NCBI RefSeq assembly: GCF_050433385.1
Contig: NZ_JBNPXI010000003.1
Span: 159,939 to 223,938 of the forward strand
DNA from: Brassicibacter mesophilus
GTDB taxonomy: Bacteria; Bacillota; Clostridia; Tissierellales; Proteiniboraceae
DNA: 64,000 nucleotides
Direction of reading: 5' to 3'
Positions 39,470 to 49,859 of this stretch are shown here, one piece after another (positions within the stretch are counted from its first letter, which is position 1; each line of letters opens with the position of its first letter). The notes beneath the pieces are model-generated. The model did no database searches. It was not told the DNA's origin and worked only from the letters and a program-made list of their open reading frames with translations. The position numbers and the translations under genes are program-made.

Positions 39470-40579
39470 ATGGCAGATCAAAGAATCCAAAAATTTGCAA
39501 AGCTACTAGTAAACTATTCATTGGGTATTAAGAAAGGTGACAAATTATTAATTAATGGTTATGATGTCTCATATCCGCTGATCAAAGAAGTTTATAGAGA
39601 GGCAATAAAGAATGGTGCCCATGTAAATACTGAAATAAGTCTTCCAGGCATAAGAGAAATATTCTATAAAGAAGCAAGTGATGAACAACTTGAATTTATT
39701 AGTGAGTATGATAAGTTCGTTTCAGAGTATTATGATGCAGAACTATCAGTATGGGGTGGATATAATGAAAGAGCGTTTTCTAATATAGATTCTAAAAGAA
39801 TTCAAAAAAGAAGTGCCGCAACAGGTGGGCTTTTTAATAAAATGCTAGATAGAATAGCAAATAAGGATTTAAGATGGTGTGGAACACAGTTTCCTACACA
39901 TGCGAGTGCTCAAGAAGCAAGCATGAGCTTGGAAGAATATGAGGATTTTGTTTACGGAGCTATGCTTCTAGACAGGGATAATCCAGTATTAGAATGGAAA
40001 AAAATATCAGAAGAGCAGGAAAAGCTTTGTAAATATCTAAATACTAAAAATATATTACATATAAAAACAAAGGACACAGATTTGAAAATGAGTATAGAAG
40101 GAAGAAAATGGATTAACTGTGATGGGAAAGAAAATTTCCCTGATGGCGAAGTTTTCACAACACCTATAGAAAATACAGTAGAAGGATATATTAGATTCAC
40201 TTTTCCTGGAATAGAAATGGGAAAAGAAATTGAAGACATTAGACTTGAATTCAGTAAAGGTAAAGTCATTAAGGCAAGTGCTTCAAAGGGTGAGGACTTA
40301 CTTCTAGCTTTATTAGATACTGATGAAGGTTCTAGATACTTAGGAGAAATAGCTATTGGAACAAATTACGGAATTCAAAAATTTACTAAGAATATGCTTT
40401 TTGATGAGAAAATAGGTGGAACTATCCATGCTGCAATAGGAGCTGCACCTAAGGAAACTGGTGGCAAGAATGAGTCAGGAATACATTGGGATATGATATG
40501 TGACATGAAAAATGGTGGCGAAATATATGTAGATGGAGAGCTATTCTATAAGGATGGCAAGGTTATTATAGAACTGTAG
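39470..40579 (+). CDS. M29-family aminopeptidase (AmpS/PepS/aminopeptidase T-like)
   Basis: 369 aa; N-terminus QRIQKFAKLLVNYSLGIKKGDKLLI and C-terminal metal-binding region typical of thermophilic-type aminopeptidases. Confidence 0.75.
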   Translation: MADQRIQKFAKLLVNYSLGIKKGDKLLINGYDVSYPLIKEVYREAIKNGAHVNTEISLPGIREIFYKEASDEQLEFISEYDKFVSEYYDAELSVWGGYNERAFSNIDSKRIQKRSAATGGLFNKMLDRIANKDLRWCGTQFPTHASAQEASMSLEEYEDFVYGAMLLDRDNPVLEWKKISEEQEKLCKYLNTKNILHIKTKDTDLKMSIEGRKWINCDGKENFPDGEVFTTPIENTVEGYIRFTFPGIEMGKEIEDIRLEFSKGKVIKASASKGEDLLLALLDTDEGSRYLGEIAIGTNYGIQKFTKNMLFDEKIGGTIHAAIGAAPKETGGKNESGIHWDMICDMKNGGEIYVDGELFYKDGKVIIEL

Positions 40580-40609
40580 AACTGCGAATATTGTGTTAAG
40601 GAGATTATC

Positions 40610-41872
40610 ATGAATTTTAAGGTATTGAAAAATAGGGATTTTTTACTATTTGTTTTTGGACAGTCGACTTCTCTTCTAGGCACTGGTTTTTTAAATGTGG
40701 CTTTAGCACTGTATGTACTTCAGATTACTGGATCAGCAGGAAAATTTTCTTCTGTTTTAGCGTTAGCGATGATACCAAAGATAATATTAGGACCAGTAGC
40801 GGGAACTATTGTAGATAAGGTTGATAGAAAGAAAATGATAATACTGTTAGATTTCATTAGAGGTGCTTTTGCTATTGTGTTATTTGCATACTCATTTATA
40901 GCTTCAATTAACATATTGGTTACTTATACATTAGTAATTTTCTATTCACTATGTGAAGTATTTTTTGGACCTGCATTCGTAACAATACTTCCTGCCATAG
41001 TTGATAAGGATGATTTAGTAGATGCCAATTCAATACAAAGAACAATAGAAGAGATTACATTTGCATCTACACCTTTTTTTGGAGCACTAATATTTGGTAA
41101 ATATGGTGTAGGGATAATTTTACTTGTAGATGGAATAACATATTTGGTATCTGCATTTTCAGAGTGCTTTATGAGCATTCCGCCTCGTGAGCAAACAAAA
41201 GAATATTCTTCTTTTATTAATGATATTCTTGATGGATTTAAGGTGTTATTAATAGATATACGGATAACGTCTTTAATCAGTAATGGTATACTTACACACT
41301 TATTTCTATTTCCATTTGCATTAGTAGGATTCCCATATATGATTGTTACATTATTAGGAGGAACAGAAGTAGACTATGGAATAGTAGAAAGTATTGCGAC
41401 TATTGGGTCAATTTTGGCAATATTTGCAGTGAGTCTTGCTAAGAAACGATGCAATGTAGCTCAATGCATAGGAATAGGAATAATCGGAATGCTAGTTTTT
41501 GTTATATCTATGCTACCTTTATCAAATAGTGGAATATTAAACTTGCTCCATAGTAACTCACCTATGATAGTTTTACTTTTTAGTACAATGATTTTTATAT
41601 TTTATATGTCTTTTGGTTTTTATGGAGTATTTTATGTTACTTTTTATCAAACCACAATACCAGAGAATAAGCTTGGAAGATATGTTGCAGTTCAAGCATT
41701 GTTCTTCTCTTTAGCTCGTTTGGTTGGTTTTAAGATTTTTGGATATATGTTTGATAACTTTAATTTGATTATTCCAATAACAACACTAGGGATTGGTATG
41801 CTATTAAAAATTATAGTTCATATACCGTTTATCAAGGAAACAAAACGTTTAGAGATATTGGGAAGCAATTAA
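40610..41872 (+). CDS. MFS transporter
   Basis: 420 aa, 12 hydrophobic helices, motif-A-like GPVAGTIVDKVDRKK. Confidence 0.75.
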   Translation: MNFKVLKNRDFLLFVFGQSTSLLGTGFLNVALALYVLQITGSAGKFSSVLALAMIPKIILGPVAGTIVDKVDRKKMIILLDFIRGAFAIVLFAYSFIASINILVTYTLVIFYSLCEVFFGPAFVTILPAIVDKDDLVDANSIQRTIEEITFASTPFFGALIFGKYGVGIILLVDGITYLVSAFSECFMSIPPREQTKEYSSFINDILDGFKVLLIDIRITSLISNGILTHLFLFPFALVGFPYMIVTLLGGTEVDYGIVESIATIGSILAIFAVSLAKKRCNVAQCIGIGIIGMLVFVISMLPLSNSGILNLLHSNSPMIVLLFSTMIFIFYMSFGFYGVFYVTFYQTTIPENKLGRYVAVQALFFSLARLVGFKIFGYMFDNFNLIIPITTLGIGMLLKIIVHIPFIKETKRLEILGSN

Positions 41873-41909
41873 GTTTTTTCATTTATGTGTCATATTGGGG
41901 GGATTAAAA

Positions 41910-44900
41910 ATGAACGGAATTAAAATAGTTGAATACGAAAGGGCACATGCTAAATCATTGGCTGACATGTGGAACATGAGTGCTGATAACTGGGGGGGAT
42001 CTGACAGCATATATACTGAGGAGAGTGCAATAGAGGAAAACGAAAATACTGGCAATATAAACACATATGTAGCAATAGATGGTGAAAAAGTTGTAGGTTA
42101 TTGTAGCTTTTCAGAATATAGGCAGGATGATGGAGCAATGTACATACCTCTTTTGAATGTTCGTCCAGATTATCATGGCAAAAAGGTCGGTAAACAATTA
42201 GTTCTTCAAACTGTAAAAAGAACTATTGAGCTTGGGTGGCCCAGACTTGATTTATATACTTGGGCAGGGAATACTAAAGCAGTTCCTCTTTATAAAAAGT
42301 GCGGCTTTTTCTGGGAGAAAAGAGACGATGCAACACATCTAATGAATTTCATACCTACAGTAATGCAAACAGAGGCTGTAAAGGAATACTTTGAAATATT
42401 TGACTGGTATGAGGATAGTAAAAGAGATATTGCAGTAAGTCCTGACGGAAATGAAGAAGATAACTATTCTAATTATGAATACTTATGGGAAAAAGATGGG
42501 AAACATTTGAGAATGGTTTTCGAAAGAAAAGGAAGAGGCTTACGATTAATTGATACAAATGACTATATTATAAGTGCAGATATCTCAGAAAAAGATTTAG
42601 TTTTCGGAAGAGAATATAATATAACCTATCATGTTGTCAATAAGACTGGTAAAAAATTAGATATTGCTATAAAAGGCAAGAACGATAAAAACATCACTTT
42701 TTCTTTTGAAGCAGAAGCTTCAGTAGCGGATGAGAAAACGTTTATTGCTAATTTCTTTGTCGGAGAAATAGAAGAAGAACAGAGTCATTGGAGAACACAT
42801 CCTTGTGTTATAGCTGAAATTATGATTAATGGTAAAAGAGCTTTTTTAAAAGTAGGAATTAATCCTAAGTTTCCAGCGAAACTTTCACTTACTGCGCCTG
42901 ATGTGCAGAAGCTAAAGAATGTTAATTCTGATTTTTATATAGACATTCAAAATAATTTTAATGAAGACACTGTATTTGAGTTCACATTACCTGATTCAGA
43001 TGACATTGATTTTGAAGATAGAAGTTTTAGTATACCTTTAAAGCCAAAAGAAAAAGCTTCTATTCTTATATCATATACCTTAAATAATCCGTTTTTGTAT
43101 CAAGCTATGTTAAATATAAAAGCTACTCTTAATAATGAAGTTGTTGAATTTAAGAAAAAAATATCGCTATATTTTAATGGATACACAGGTAGATTTGGAG
43201 GAGAAACTGATGAACAATGGATTGTATATAATGGGAACTATTCTTTACACTTAAATAAGTTTGATAATGATTTGATAGTGAAGAAATATCCTGATACTGT
43301 ACATGAGATGATAGTATTTTATCCTAGAGTTGGGTTACCATTTTCTCTTGAATTTTCAAAGGAAAAACCACATACAGTTGAGAACTATTGTGAAGATGAC
43401 TATATTGTACTTAAAGCTTTTTATAATTCAAGAGATTTTAAAAATATACAACTAATATCATTATCTAAACTATATCCAAATGGAATTGTAGAGCATAATT
43501 ATGAAGTTCAAAATATAACAGATAAGGATACTGATGAAGATGTTTGGTTCAGTCAGAGCTACTATTATGATTTGGCGGATGCAGTAATACCTTATGATAC
43601 TGAATTTGTAGAAATAAATGGATATGACAGTACTAGCCTTGACTATTGGGATAGTAGTAAATTTACTGAAAACTGGATTTATTCAAGTGAAGGCAAATCA
43701 ACTTTTAGCTTTTGTTGGCCTAAGGAAGATAAAATAAAGTTTAACATGTGGTATTTTTCAATTGATAAAAATTTAGGTAAAATTCCTGCAAACTCAAGTA
43801 TAAGCACAGAACCATGTTTTATAGCAATAGACACATTTAAAGATTGGAAAGAACTTAGGAAATTTGCTGTAAAACATGACTGTAATGATGATTCACATAC
43901 AATTAGCAAACTCGAATTTAGTATCAATGATGGTAATCCATTTGTGGGAAAAAGCTTCAATGCAGCCTTTAAGGAGTATAGGAAATCATATTTTGATGGA
44001 GTCATCACTTTGAGTTCGAAAAATGACTTATTCGAACCTATTGTGAAAAACTTCTCCAAAGAAGACTTTGTTAACAATACTGAAATGATTGTTTCATTAG
44101 ATAACAATGCAAACATTGATATTCTCTCACTAGATGTTGATTTTGAATCAGTAGCTTTTCAAAAGAAAATAGCAATATTTAAAACTAACAATGATACTAT
44201 TAATAGCGAAAGAACATTTGAAAATGAATTAGAGATATTCTCAGTAGACAATGGGGAGATAAAAATTAAATCTTCTCCACAATTTGCAAATTCTATATTT
44301 TCTCTAGTGTATAATGGGCATGAATGGCTTGACACATCCTTCCCTACACCTACACCTAAATCCTGGTGGAATCCTTGGACAGGAGGAATAATAAGTCATC
44401 CTAGAGAGTTAACTCTTATTTCACTTAGTGAGGAAGAAAAAGAAGCAGATTTTATACAGATTAAAGATAGTCTAGGTAATATGTGGAGTGGTATAAAAAT
44501 TTCAGCAAATATTAAGAAAAATGATAAATTTAAGGGTTTTAAGATGTACCAATACTATTTAATGCTTCCAGGCTTGCCAGTATTGTGTTGCACAACAGAA
44601 ATTGTTCAAAAAACAGGCTATTATTTCAATTCTGTAGAATATATGACTGAAGTTTTTATGAAGCTTGATGAAGAGTTGAAAAATAATAGATTTACTGTGC
44701 AAAATCAATCAGGAGAGATGGTTACCTATAAGGCTGGAAAGGCTTTTGATATTAGGACAAATGGATCAATTACATTTGAGGGAGTTAATAGAACTGATAA
44801 GATGATGGTCTATAGTAATGGAGATGTCCCACTATGGGGATTTTCTAACAATGAAGCAGTAGGTAGCTTTGTAATTAACAAAATAGAGGCTAAAAATAAT

Positions 44901-44993
44901 ACTCAATTCTTTATGCCTCCAGCATTTTTAATATTCACTAAAGAAGTTATTGACCATGATTTACTAAAAAATTTACGAAATATAAAATTTTAG
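41910..44993 (+). CDS. large (≈1030 aa) protein: N-terminal GNAT acetyltransferase domain fused to ~850-aa uncharacterised region
   Basis: Residues ~1-170 GNAT (VAIDGEKVVGYCSF...HGKKVGKQLV...LYKKCGFF); remainder no recognisable motif; ATG 41910 after GGGGGGA (ORF track 41895). Confidence 0.6.
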   Translation: MNGIKIVEYERAHAKSLADMWNMSADNWGGSDSIYTEESAIEENENTGNINTYVAIDGEKVVGYCSFSEYRQDDGAMYIPLLNVRPDYHGKKVGKQLVLQTVKRTIELGWPRLDLYTWAGNTKAVPLYKKCGFFWEKRDDATHLMNFIPTVMQTEAVKEYFEIFDWYEDSKRDIAVSPDGNEEDNYSNYEYLWEKDGKHLRMVFERKGRGLRLIDTNDYIISADISEKDLVFGREYNITYHVVNKTGKKLDIAIKGKNDKNITFSFEAEASVADEKTFIANFFVGEIEEEQSHWRTHPCVIAEIMINGKRAFLKVGINPKFPAKLSLTAPDVQKLKNVNSDFYIDIQNNFNEDTVFEFTLPDSDDIDFEDRSFSIPLKPKEKASILISYTLNNPFLYQAMLNIKATLNNEVVEFKKKISLYFNGYTGRFGGETDEQWIVYNGNYSLHLNKFDNDLIVKKYPDTVHEMIVFYPRVGLPFSLEFSKEKPHTVENYCEDDYIVLKAFYNSRDFKNIQLISLSKLYPNGIVEHNYEVQNITDKDTDEDVWFSQSYYYDLADAVIPYDTEFVEINGYDSTSLDYWDSSKFTENWIYSSEGKSTFSFCWPKEDKIKFNMWYFSIDKNLGKIPANSSISTEPCFIAIDTFKDWKELRKFAVKHDCNDDSHTISKLEFSINDGNPFVGKSFNAAFKEYRKSYFDGVITLSSKNDLFEPIVKNFSKEDFVNNTEMIVSLDNNANIDILSLDVDFESVAFQKKIAIFKTNNDTINSERTFENELEIFSVDNGEIKIKSSPQFANSIFSLVYNGHEWLDTSFPTPTPKSWWNPWTGGIISHPRELTLISLSEEEKEADFIQIKDSLGNMWSGIKISANIKKNDKFKGFKMYQYYLMLPGLPVLCCTTEIVQKTGYYFNSVEYMTEVFMKLDEELKNNRFTVQNQSGEMVTYKAGKAFDIRTNGSITFEGVNRTDKMMVYSNGDVPLWGFSNNEAVGSFVINKIEAKNNTQFFMPPAFLIFTKEVIDHDLLKNLRNIKF

Positions 44994-45004
44994 GAGAATA
45001 AATT

Positions 45005-45883
45005 ATGAAAATAATAGATGCTCATTTGCATTTCTCAAGAATTGAGAGCTTTAATAAAACTGCTAGAGATATTTCTATTGTTGATTATTCAGCTTCAGGT
45101 CTGATAAAGGAATTTGAAGAAAACAACATAATAGCTGGTATAGGAATGGGATTGACAGAGGAAATGAGCGGGGGGTTCCCCGACACCTCCTCTCCTAACC
45201 CTATGAAACTTGATATAGGAGATAAACTGCCAAATAACTTAGCCTATTGTATAGGCGTTAATCCTGTTAGGTTATTGGGTAAATCAAAAGAGCTAGAGCT
45301 TGAAAATATTGAAGCAGAATTAAAAGGTGATGCTATAGGGATAAAGATATATGCTGGATATTATCAGTATTATGTTTATGACACTGTATATGATCCAGTA
45401 TATGCTTTGGCTGAGAAATATAATGTACCAGTAACTATCCATAGTGGAGACACTTATTCTGATAGAGGAATCTTAAAATATTCTCATCCATTAACAGTAG
45501 ATGAGCTTGCAGTAAAATACAGGGGCGTTAAATTTATAATTGCGCATTTGGGTGACCCCTGGGTCATGGATACTGCTGAGATAATTCGTAAAAATCCAAA
45601 TGTGTTTACTGACCTTTCTGGGCTTATTATTGGTGATAGTACAGAAATTGAAAGAATGAAGCAAAAACAGCTATTTATTGACCATATCAAAAGAAGCTTA
45701 GTATATGCAGATAACTATTATAAAGTGCTATTTGGATCGGATTGGCCACTTGTACAGCTAAAGCCTTATATAGAATTCATAAAAGAAATCATTCCTGAAG
45801 AATTCCACGAGTATGTATTTTATAAAAATGCTTTAAGTGTGTTTAATAGGTTGAATAGAATGAAGACTCAAAAAGATATTTAA
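45005..45883 (+). CDS. amidohydrolase-family (TIM-barrel metal-dependent hydrolase, Amidohydro_2-like)
   Basis: N-terminal IIDAHLHF metal-binding His pair, later HSGD and AHLGDPW motifs. Confidence 0.65.
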   Translation: MKIIDAHLHFSRIESFNKTARDISIVDYSASGLIKEFEENNIIAGIGMGLTEEMSGGFPDTSSPNPMKLDIGDKLPNNLAYCIGVNPVRLLGKSKELELENIEAELKGDAIGIKIYAGYYQYYVYDTVYDPVYALAEKYNVPVTIHSGDTYSDRGILKYSHPLTVDELAVKYRGVKFIIAHLGDPWVMDTAEIIRKNPNVFTDLSGLIIGDSTEIERMKQKQLFIDHIKRSLVYADNYYKVLFGSDWPLVQLKPYIEFIKEIIPEEFHEYVFYKNALSVFNRLNRMKTQKDI

Positions 45884-45972
45884 TGACTATGAGGTCATAC
45901 GACGAAATAATTTATATATCTCTTTTTAAAACTGTGAAAAGATAGAGATATGCGATATGACTCATAGGTCAC
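45883..45972. promoter_or_regulatory. two copies of palindrome ATGAC-N6-GTCAT (TGACtatgagGTCA at 45884, TGACtcatagGTCA at 45958) flanking a further imperfect inverted repeat
   Basis: Direct reading; located in the 130-nt gap upstream of the tandem-GNAT gene. Confidence 0.4.
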
Positions 45973-46035
45973 TCATGAATAAAATACAGGTTTTTCCCTG
46001 ACTGTTTTATTTCGTTTATGTTAGGAGGAAAATAT

Positions 46036-46926
46036 ATGAGAGTAATAAAATTAGAATCAAATAGAACTGCTGAGTTTATTAAATACTGCAAAAAATATGC
46101 AGATGAACATGACCCATCATTCTTGAGTGATGAAGACCTAAGAGAATTTGAACTTGATGAGAATAATCCTACATATATCTTAATTGATAAAAAAGACAAG
46201 ATTGTGGGAGCTGGGTCACTTATGCTTCCTCAGAGTTATAGAGAAAATAGAAGAGGAAGGTTTAGAATTTTACATACTGAACATCCAAGTCTTGAAGCAT
46301 ACGAATTACTACTTGAGCCATTTATGAGGTATACAGAGGAAATAGATAACATTTATCTATTCATTCCTGAGAATAAAAAATCAATTGGTGATATCTGTGA
46401 AAATCTTGGTTTTAGAATTCAAAGATATTCATGGGTGATGAAAAAATTATCAGATAAAGCGGACAATCCAATTTTCCCAAAAGGATATCAACTTAAACCG
46501 TTTAGATTTGGTCAAGATGAACAGATCTGGTGTGATATATTAAATATTTGTTTTTCTCATTTAGCTGGACATTTAGACAGTACCCCTGATAGAATAGCTG
46601 AATTTGAGAACAGTGAATATTATCTAGAAGACGGAATGATGATGCTTTATGATAATAATAAAGCGGTTGGTATAGTGAGGGTAAGCTTAGAAGATGAAGA
46701 ACCACAAAAAGATTCATACCTTGACCATCTAGCGGTTTTGCCGGAATACCAAGGAAAAGGACTAGGAAGAAACCTGCTGAGGGCAGGAGTACAGCTTAGT
46801 AAAAAGCACGGATTAAAATATACATGGCTGACTGTCAATGCAGAGAATAACAAGGCTGCAGAATTATATACAAATGAAGGATTTGATAAAGAAGAAGTTA
46901 TAATTTGTTATAATAAGAAACTCTAA
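46036..46926 (+). CDS. GNAT-family N-acetyltransferase with two tandem acetyltransferase-like domains (MshD-like architecture)
   Basis: C-terminal motif A HLAVLPEYQGKGLGRNLL; N-terminal half degenerate GNAT; ATG 46036 after AGGAGGA. Confidence 0.65.
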   Translation: MRVIKLESNRTAEFIKYCKKYADEHDPSFLSDEDLREFELDENNPTYILIDKKDKIVGAGSLMLPQSYRENRRGRFRILHTEHPSLEAYELLLEPFMRYTEEIDNIYLFIPENKKSIGDICENLGFRIQRYSWVMKKLSDKADNPIFPKGYQLKPFRFGQDEQIWCDILNICFSHLAGHLDSTPDRIAEFENSEYYLEDGMMMLYDNNKAVGIVRVSLEDEEPQKDSYLDHLAVLPEYQGKGLGRNLLRAGVQLSKKHGLKYTWLTVNAENNKAAELYTNEGFDKEEVIICYNKKL

Positions 46927-47083
46927 TGGCACATTACTTTAAAGCAACAATATAAAAAATTAATTAAATAAGGACGATTTGTTTAATTTATTCAATTTAT
47001 ATATTGATTTTTTATAAGTTTACTGATAGATTTAAAATATGAAATAATTTATAATAACTCAAAATTTAAGGGGGTGTACCACA

Positions 47084-48514
47084 ATGCAGGTAGGTATGTC
47101 AAAGTATTTACAAGCTCAAAAACAATTATTAAAGGAGCTAGTTTCAGCATTATCAAAGGATTTTAAATACGTTTCTGTATTAGGAACAGATATAAGTGGT
47201 AAGCAGTACATAGTTCACAGAACAGGTGCAGGGTTAAATGATTCTATGTGGGCAGAAAGAGGATTTGTGGTAAGAGTGCACAATGGAACTAACTATTCAG
47301 AGTTTTCATTTAATCAAATATCAAAAGATAGTTTGAACTCAATAATTAAAAAGATACATAGTAAGGTACTAAACGACATTAATAGCCTAAAAGAACATTC
47401 AATTGATTTGAGTAATTATCCTGTTATTGAAGAAGAAGCAATAACAGATAGCTTTTTTGGTGAAGTACAAATACTTCCTGAAAGCGTGAGCTCAAAAGAA
47501 AAGCTTCAGAAAATGACTTCAATCAAGGATAAAGCGCTTAAAAGTACGGAATTATTAATAGATATGAAGGTAGCATATGAAGAAGTACAAGTATCCAAAG
47601 TCTTTGTTTCTCAAAATAAAGATCTTGAACAGTCTTATATTTGGGGACAAGGTGCACTGATGCCAATTGTTAGAAAAGATGATAATACAAAGTATTATTA
47701 TGAAAGTATATCGGGGCTAAAGGGAGTCGAAATATTAGATGAAATGGAGTTAAAATGTGAAGAAACAGTGTCCTATGCTGAAAAACTTCTTGATGCGAAA
47801 AGAATGATACCTGGAGAATATGATGTTATTTGTAATCCTGAAGTTTCAGGATTAATAGCACATGAGGCTTTTGGACATGGGGTAGAAATGGATATGTTTG
47901 TTAAAAACCGCGCAAAGGCAGTTGAATATCTAGGAAAGCAAGTTGCATCGGAGCTAGTGATAATGCATGATGGTGCTAAATCAGCAAAGCAGGTTTCATC
48001 TTACCTTTTTGATGATGAAGGAGTAATAGGAACAGACACTGTAATTATTGATAAAGGAATATTAAAAACTGGAATATCAGATTTATTATCGTCATTAAGG
48101 CTTAATACAAAGCCTACTGGAAATGGAAAGAGAGAGTCATTTGAAAGAAAGGCATATGCGAGAATGACTAATACATTTTTTGCAGCAGGAGAAGATAAGC
48201 TTGAAGATATGATAGCTTCCATAAAATATGGTTACTTACTAGAAAACTTTACTAGTGGTATGGAAGATCCAAAAAACTGGGGAATCCAGTGTATGATACT
48301 TGCAGGTAAAGAAATAAAAGATGGTAAACTAACTGGTAATATAGTATCGCCAGTTATAATGACAGGATATGTCCCAGATGTTTTGCAATCGGTCTCGATG
48401 GTTTCTGATGAAGTTAAGTTATTTGGAGCAGGAGCGTGCGGTAAAGGACATAAAGAGTTCGCAAAAACCGCGGATGGTGGTCCATATATTAAAACAAGAG
48501 CGAGGTTGGGATAA
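47084..48514 (+). CDS. tldD: TldD-family metalloprotease
   Basis: HEAFGHGVEMD (HExxxH) metal site and C-terminal GAGACGKGH conserved Cys motif; 476 aa. Confidence 0.85.
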   Translation: MQVGMSKYLQAQKQLLKELVSALSKDFKYVSVLGTDISGKQYIVHRTGAGLNDSMWAERGFVVRVHNGTNYSEFSFNQISKDSLNSIIKKIHSKVLNDINSLKEHSIDLSNYPVIEEEAITDSFFGEVQILPESVSSKEKLQKMTSIKDKALKSTELLIDMKVAYEEVQVSKVFVSQNKDLEQSYIWGQGALMPIVRKDDNTKYYYESISGLKGVEILDEMELKCEETVSYAEKLLDAKRMIPGEYDVICNPEVSGLIAHEAFGHGVEMDMFVKNRAKAVEYLGKQVASELVIMHDGAKSAKQVSSYLFDDEGVIGTDTVIIDKGILKTGISDLLSSLRLNTKPTGNGKRESFERKAYARMTNTFFAAGEDKLEDMIASIKYGYLLENFTSGMEDPKNWGIQCMILAGKEIKDGKLTGNIVSPVIMTGYVPDVLQSVSMVSDEVKLFGAGACGKGHKEFAKTADGGPYIKTRARLG

Positions 48515-49818
48515 TGATAGATAAAATTAGAGAAATATTATTAAACTCAAGAGAAGTAGATAGTTGGAAAGTAAACGAAAGCAAGATTGAATCAAGTGAA
48601 TTATTCTTTATTAAAAAAGAGTTAGATATGAATCGAGCTAAGGAAGTACATCACTTTAAAGTTACAGTATATAAGGATTTTGAAGAAGAGGGTGTTATGT
48701 ACAAAGGTTCTTCCACAACAAACATTTATCCTACTATGAGTACTGAAGAGATAGAAAAGGCAATTGAGAGTGCAGCTTTTGCAGCTTCATTTGTTAAGAA
48801 TAAACATTATCCATTAGTGAAGCCTTCGGAAGTAGCTATGTCCAATATTAAAAGTGAATTTTCAAAGGCTTCTATTTCAGAATGGTTGCCTAAGGTAACT
48901 GAAGCCATATTTGGCTCAGATAAATATGAAAATGGAAGTATAAATTCATCTGAACTCTTCCTTGAAAAAATATATACTAGGATAATCAACTCTGAAGGTG
49001 TTGATGTATCATATGACGGATACAAAGGGCAAATAGAGTTGATAACAAACTGGAAAGAAGAAGGAGAAGAGATTGAACTATATAAAGATGTTAAATTTGC
49101 TGATTTCAATAAAGAAGATATAATCGAATGTGTAGAAGATATGCTTAAAATGAGCAAGAATAAGGCTATAGCAAAGTCCACGCCAGCATTAAACAATATA
49201 CCAGTTCTTTTATCTGGTGAGCCTGTTAAGGAGTTTTTTAGCTATTATTATGAGCAAGCTAACGCTCAACTTGTATATGAGGGCATATCTACAGCAAAGG
49301 TTGGAGAATGTATTCAAGGAAAAGAAATAAAAGGAGATAAGATCAATATCACTGTTGATCCACTTTTAAAAACATCAACATTATCAGCTCCATATGATGA
49401 AGATGGATATCCATTAAAAGCAGTAGAGATATATAGTGATGGTATACTAGAAGGATATTGGGGAAACAATAGATTTTCCAATTATTTAAATATTGAACCT
49501 ACGGGAAATATCAGAAATATTATAGTTCATGAAGGAAGTAAAAATATAGACAATTTGAAAAGTGAACCGTATCTTGAACTGGTTGCATTTTCTGATTTTC
49601 AGATGGATACAATGACTGGAGATTTTGCAGGTGAAATAAGACTAGGATGGTATTTCGATGGAAAAGATTTAACTCCAGTAACTGCAGGTTCTATATCAGG
49701 AAATATCAAAGACGTACAACAGAAAATGTATTTTTCTAAAGAAATTCAACAGTTAAATAATTTTAAAGGTCCAAAAACAATTAAGCTGCAAAATGTAAGT
49801 ATAGCAGGAAATGAATAA
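48514..49818 (+). CDS. tldE: TldE/PmbA-family protein (non-catalytic partner of TldD)
   Basis: 434 aa, TldD/PmbA fold without HExxxH; start overlaps tldD stop. Confidence 0.75.
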   Translation: MIDKIREILLNSREVDSWKVNESKIESSELFFIKKELDMNRAKEVHHFKVTVYKDFEEEGVMYKGSSTTNIYPTMSTEEIEKAIESAAFAASFVKNKHYPLVKPSEVAMSNIKSEFSKASISEWLPKVTEAIFGSDKYENGSINSSELFLEKIYTRIINSEGVDVSYDGYKGQIELITNWKEEGEEIELYKDVKFADFNKEDIIECVEDMLKMSKNKAIAKSTPALNNIPVLLSGEPVKEFFSYYYEQANAQLVYEGISTAKVGECIQGKEIKGDKINITVDPLLKTSTLSAPYDEDGYPLKAVEIYSDGILEGYWGNNRFSNYLNIEPTGNIRNIIVHEGSKNIDNLKSEPYLELVAFSDFQMDTMTGDFAGEIRLGWYFDGKDLTPVTAGSISGNIKDVQQKMYFSKEIQQLNNFKGPKTIKLQNVSIAGNE

Positions 49819-49825
49819 AGATATT

Positions 49826-49859
49826 AGGGTTTTGATATTTATCAAAGCCCTTTCTTTTT
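49826..49859 (+). terminator. rho-independent terminator
   Basis: AGGGTTTTGATA-tt-TATCAAAGCCCT followed by TTCTTTTTG. Confidence 0.7.

Noticed and set aside
40720-41178. Minus-strand 64- and 78-aa ORFs
   Set aside because: Antisense to MFS transporter gene 40610..41872
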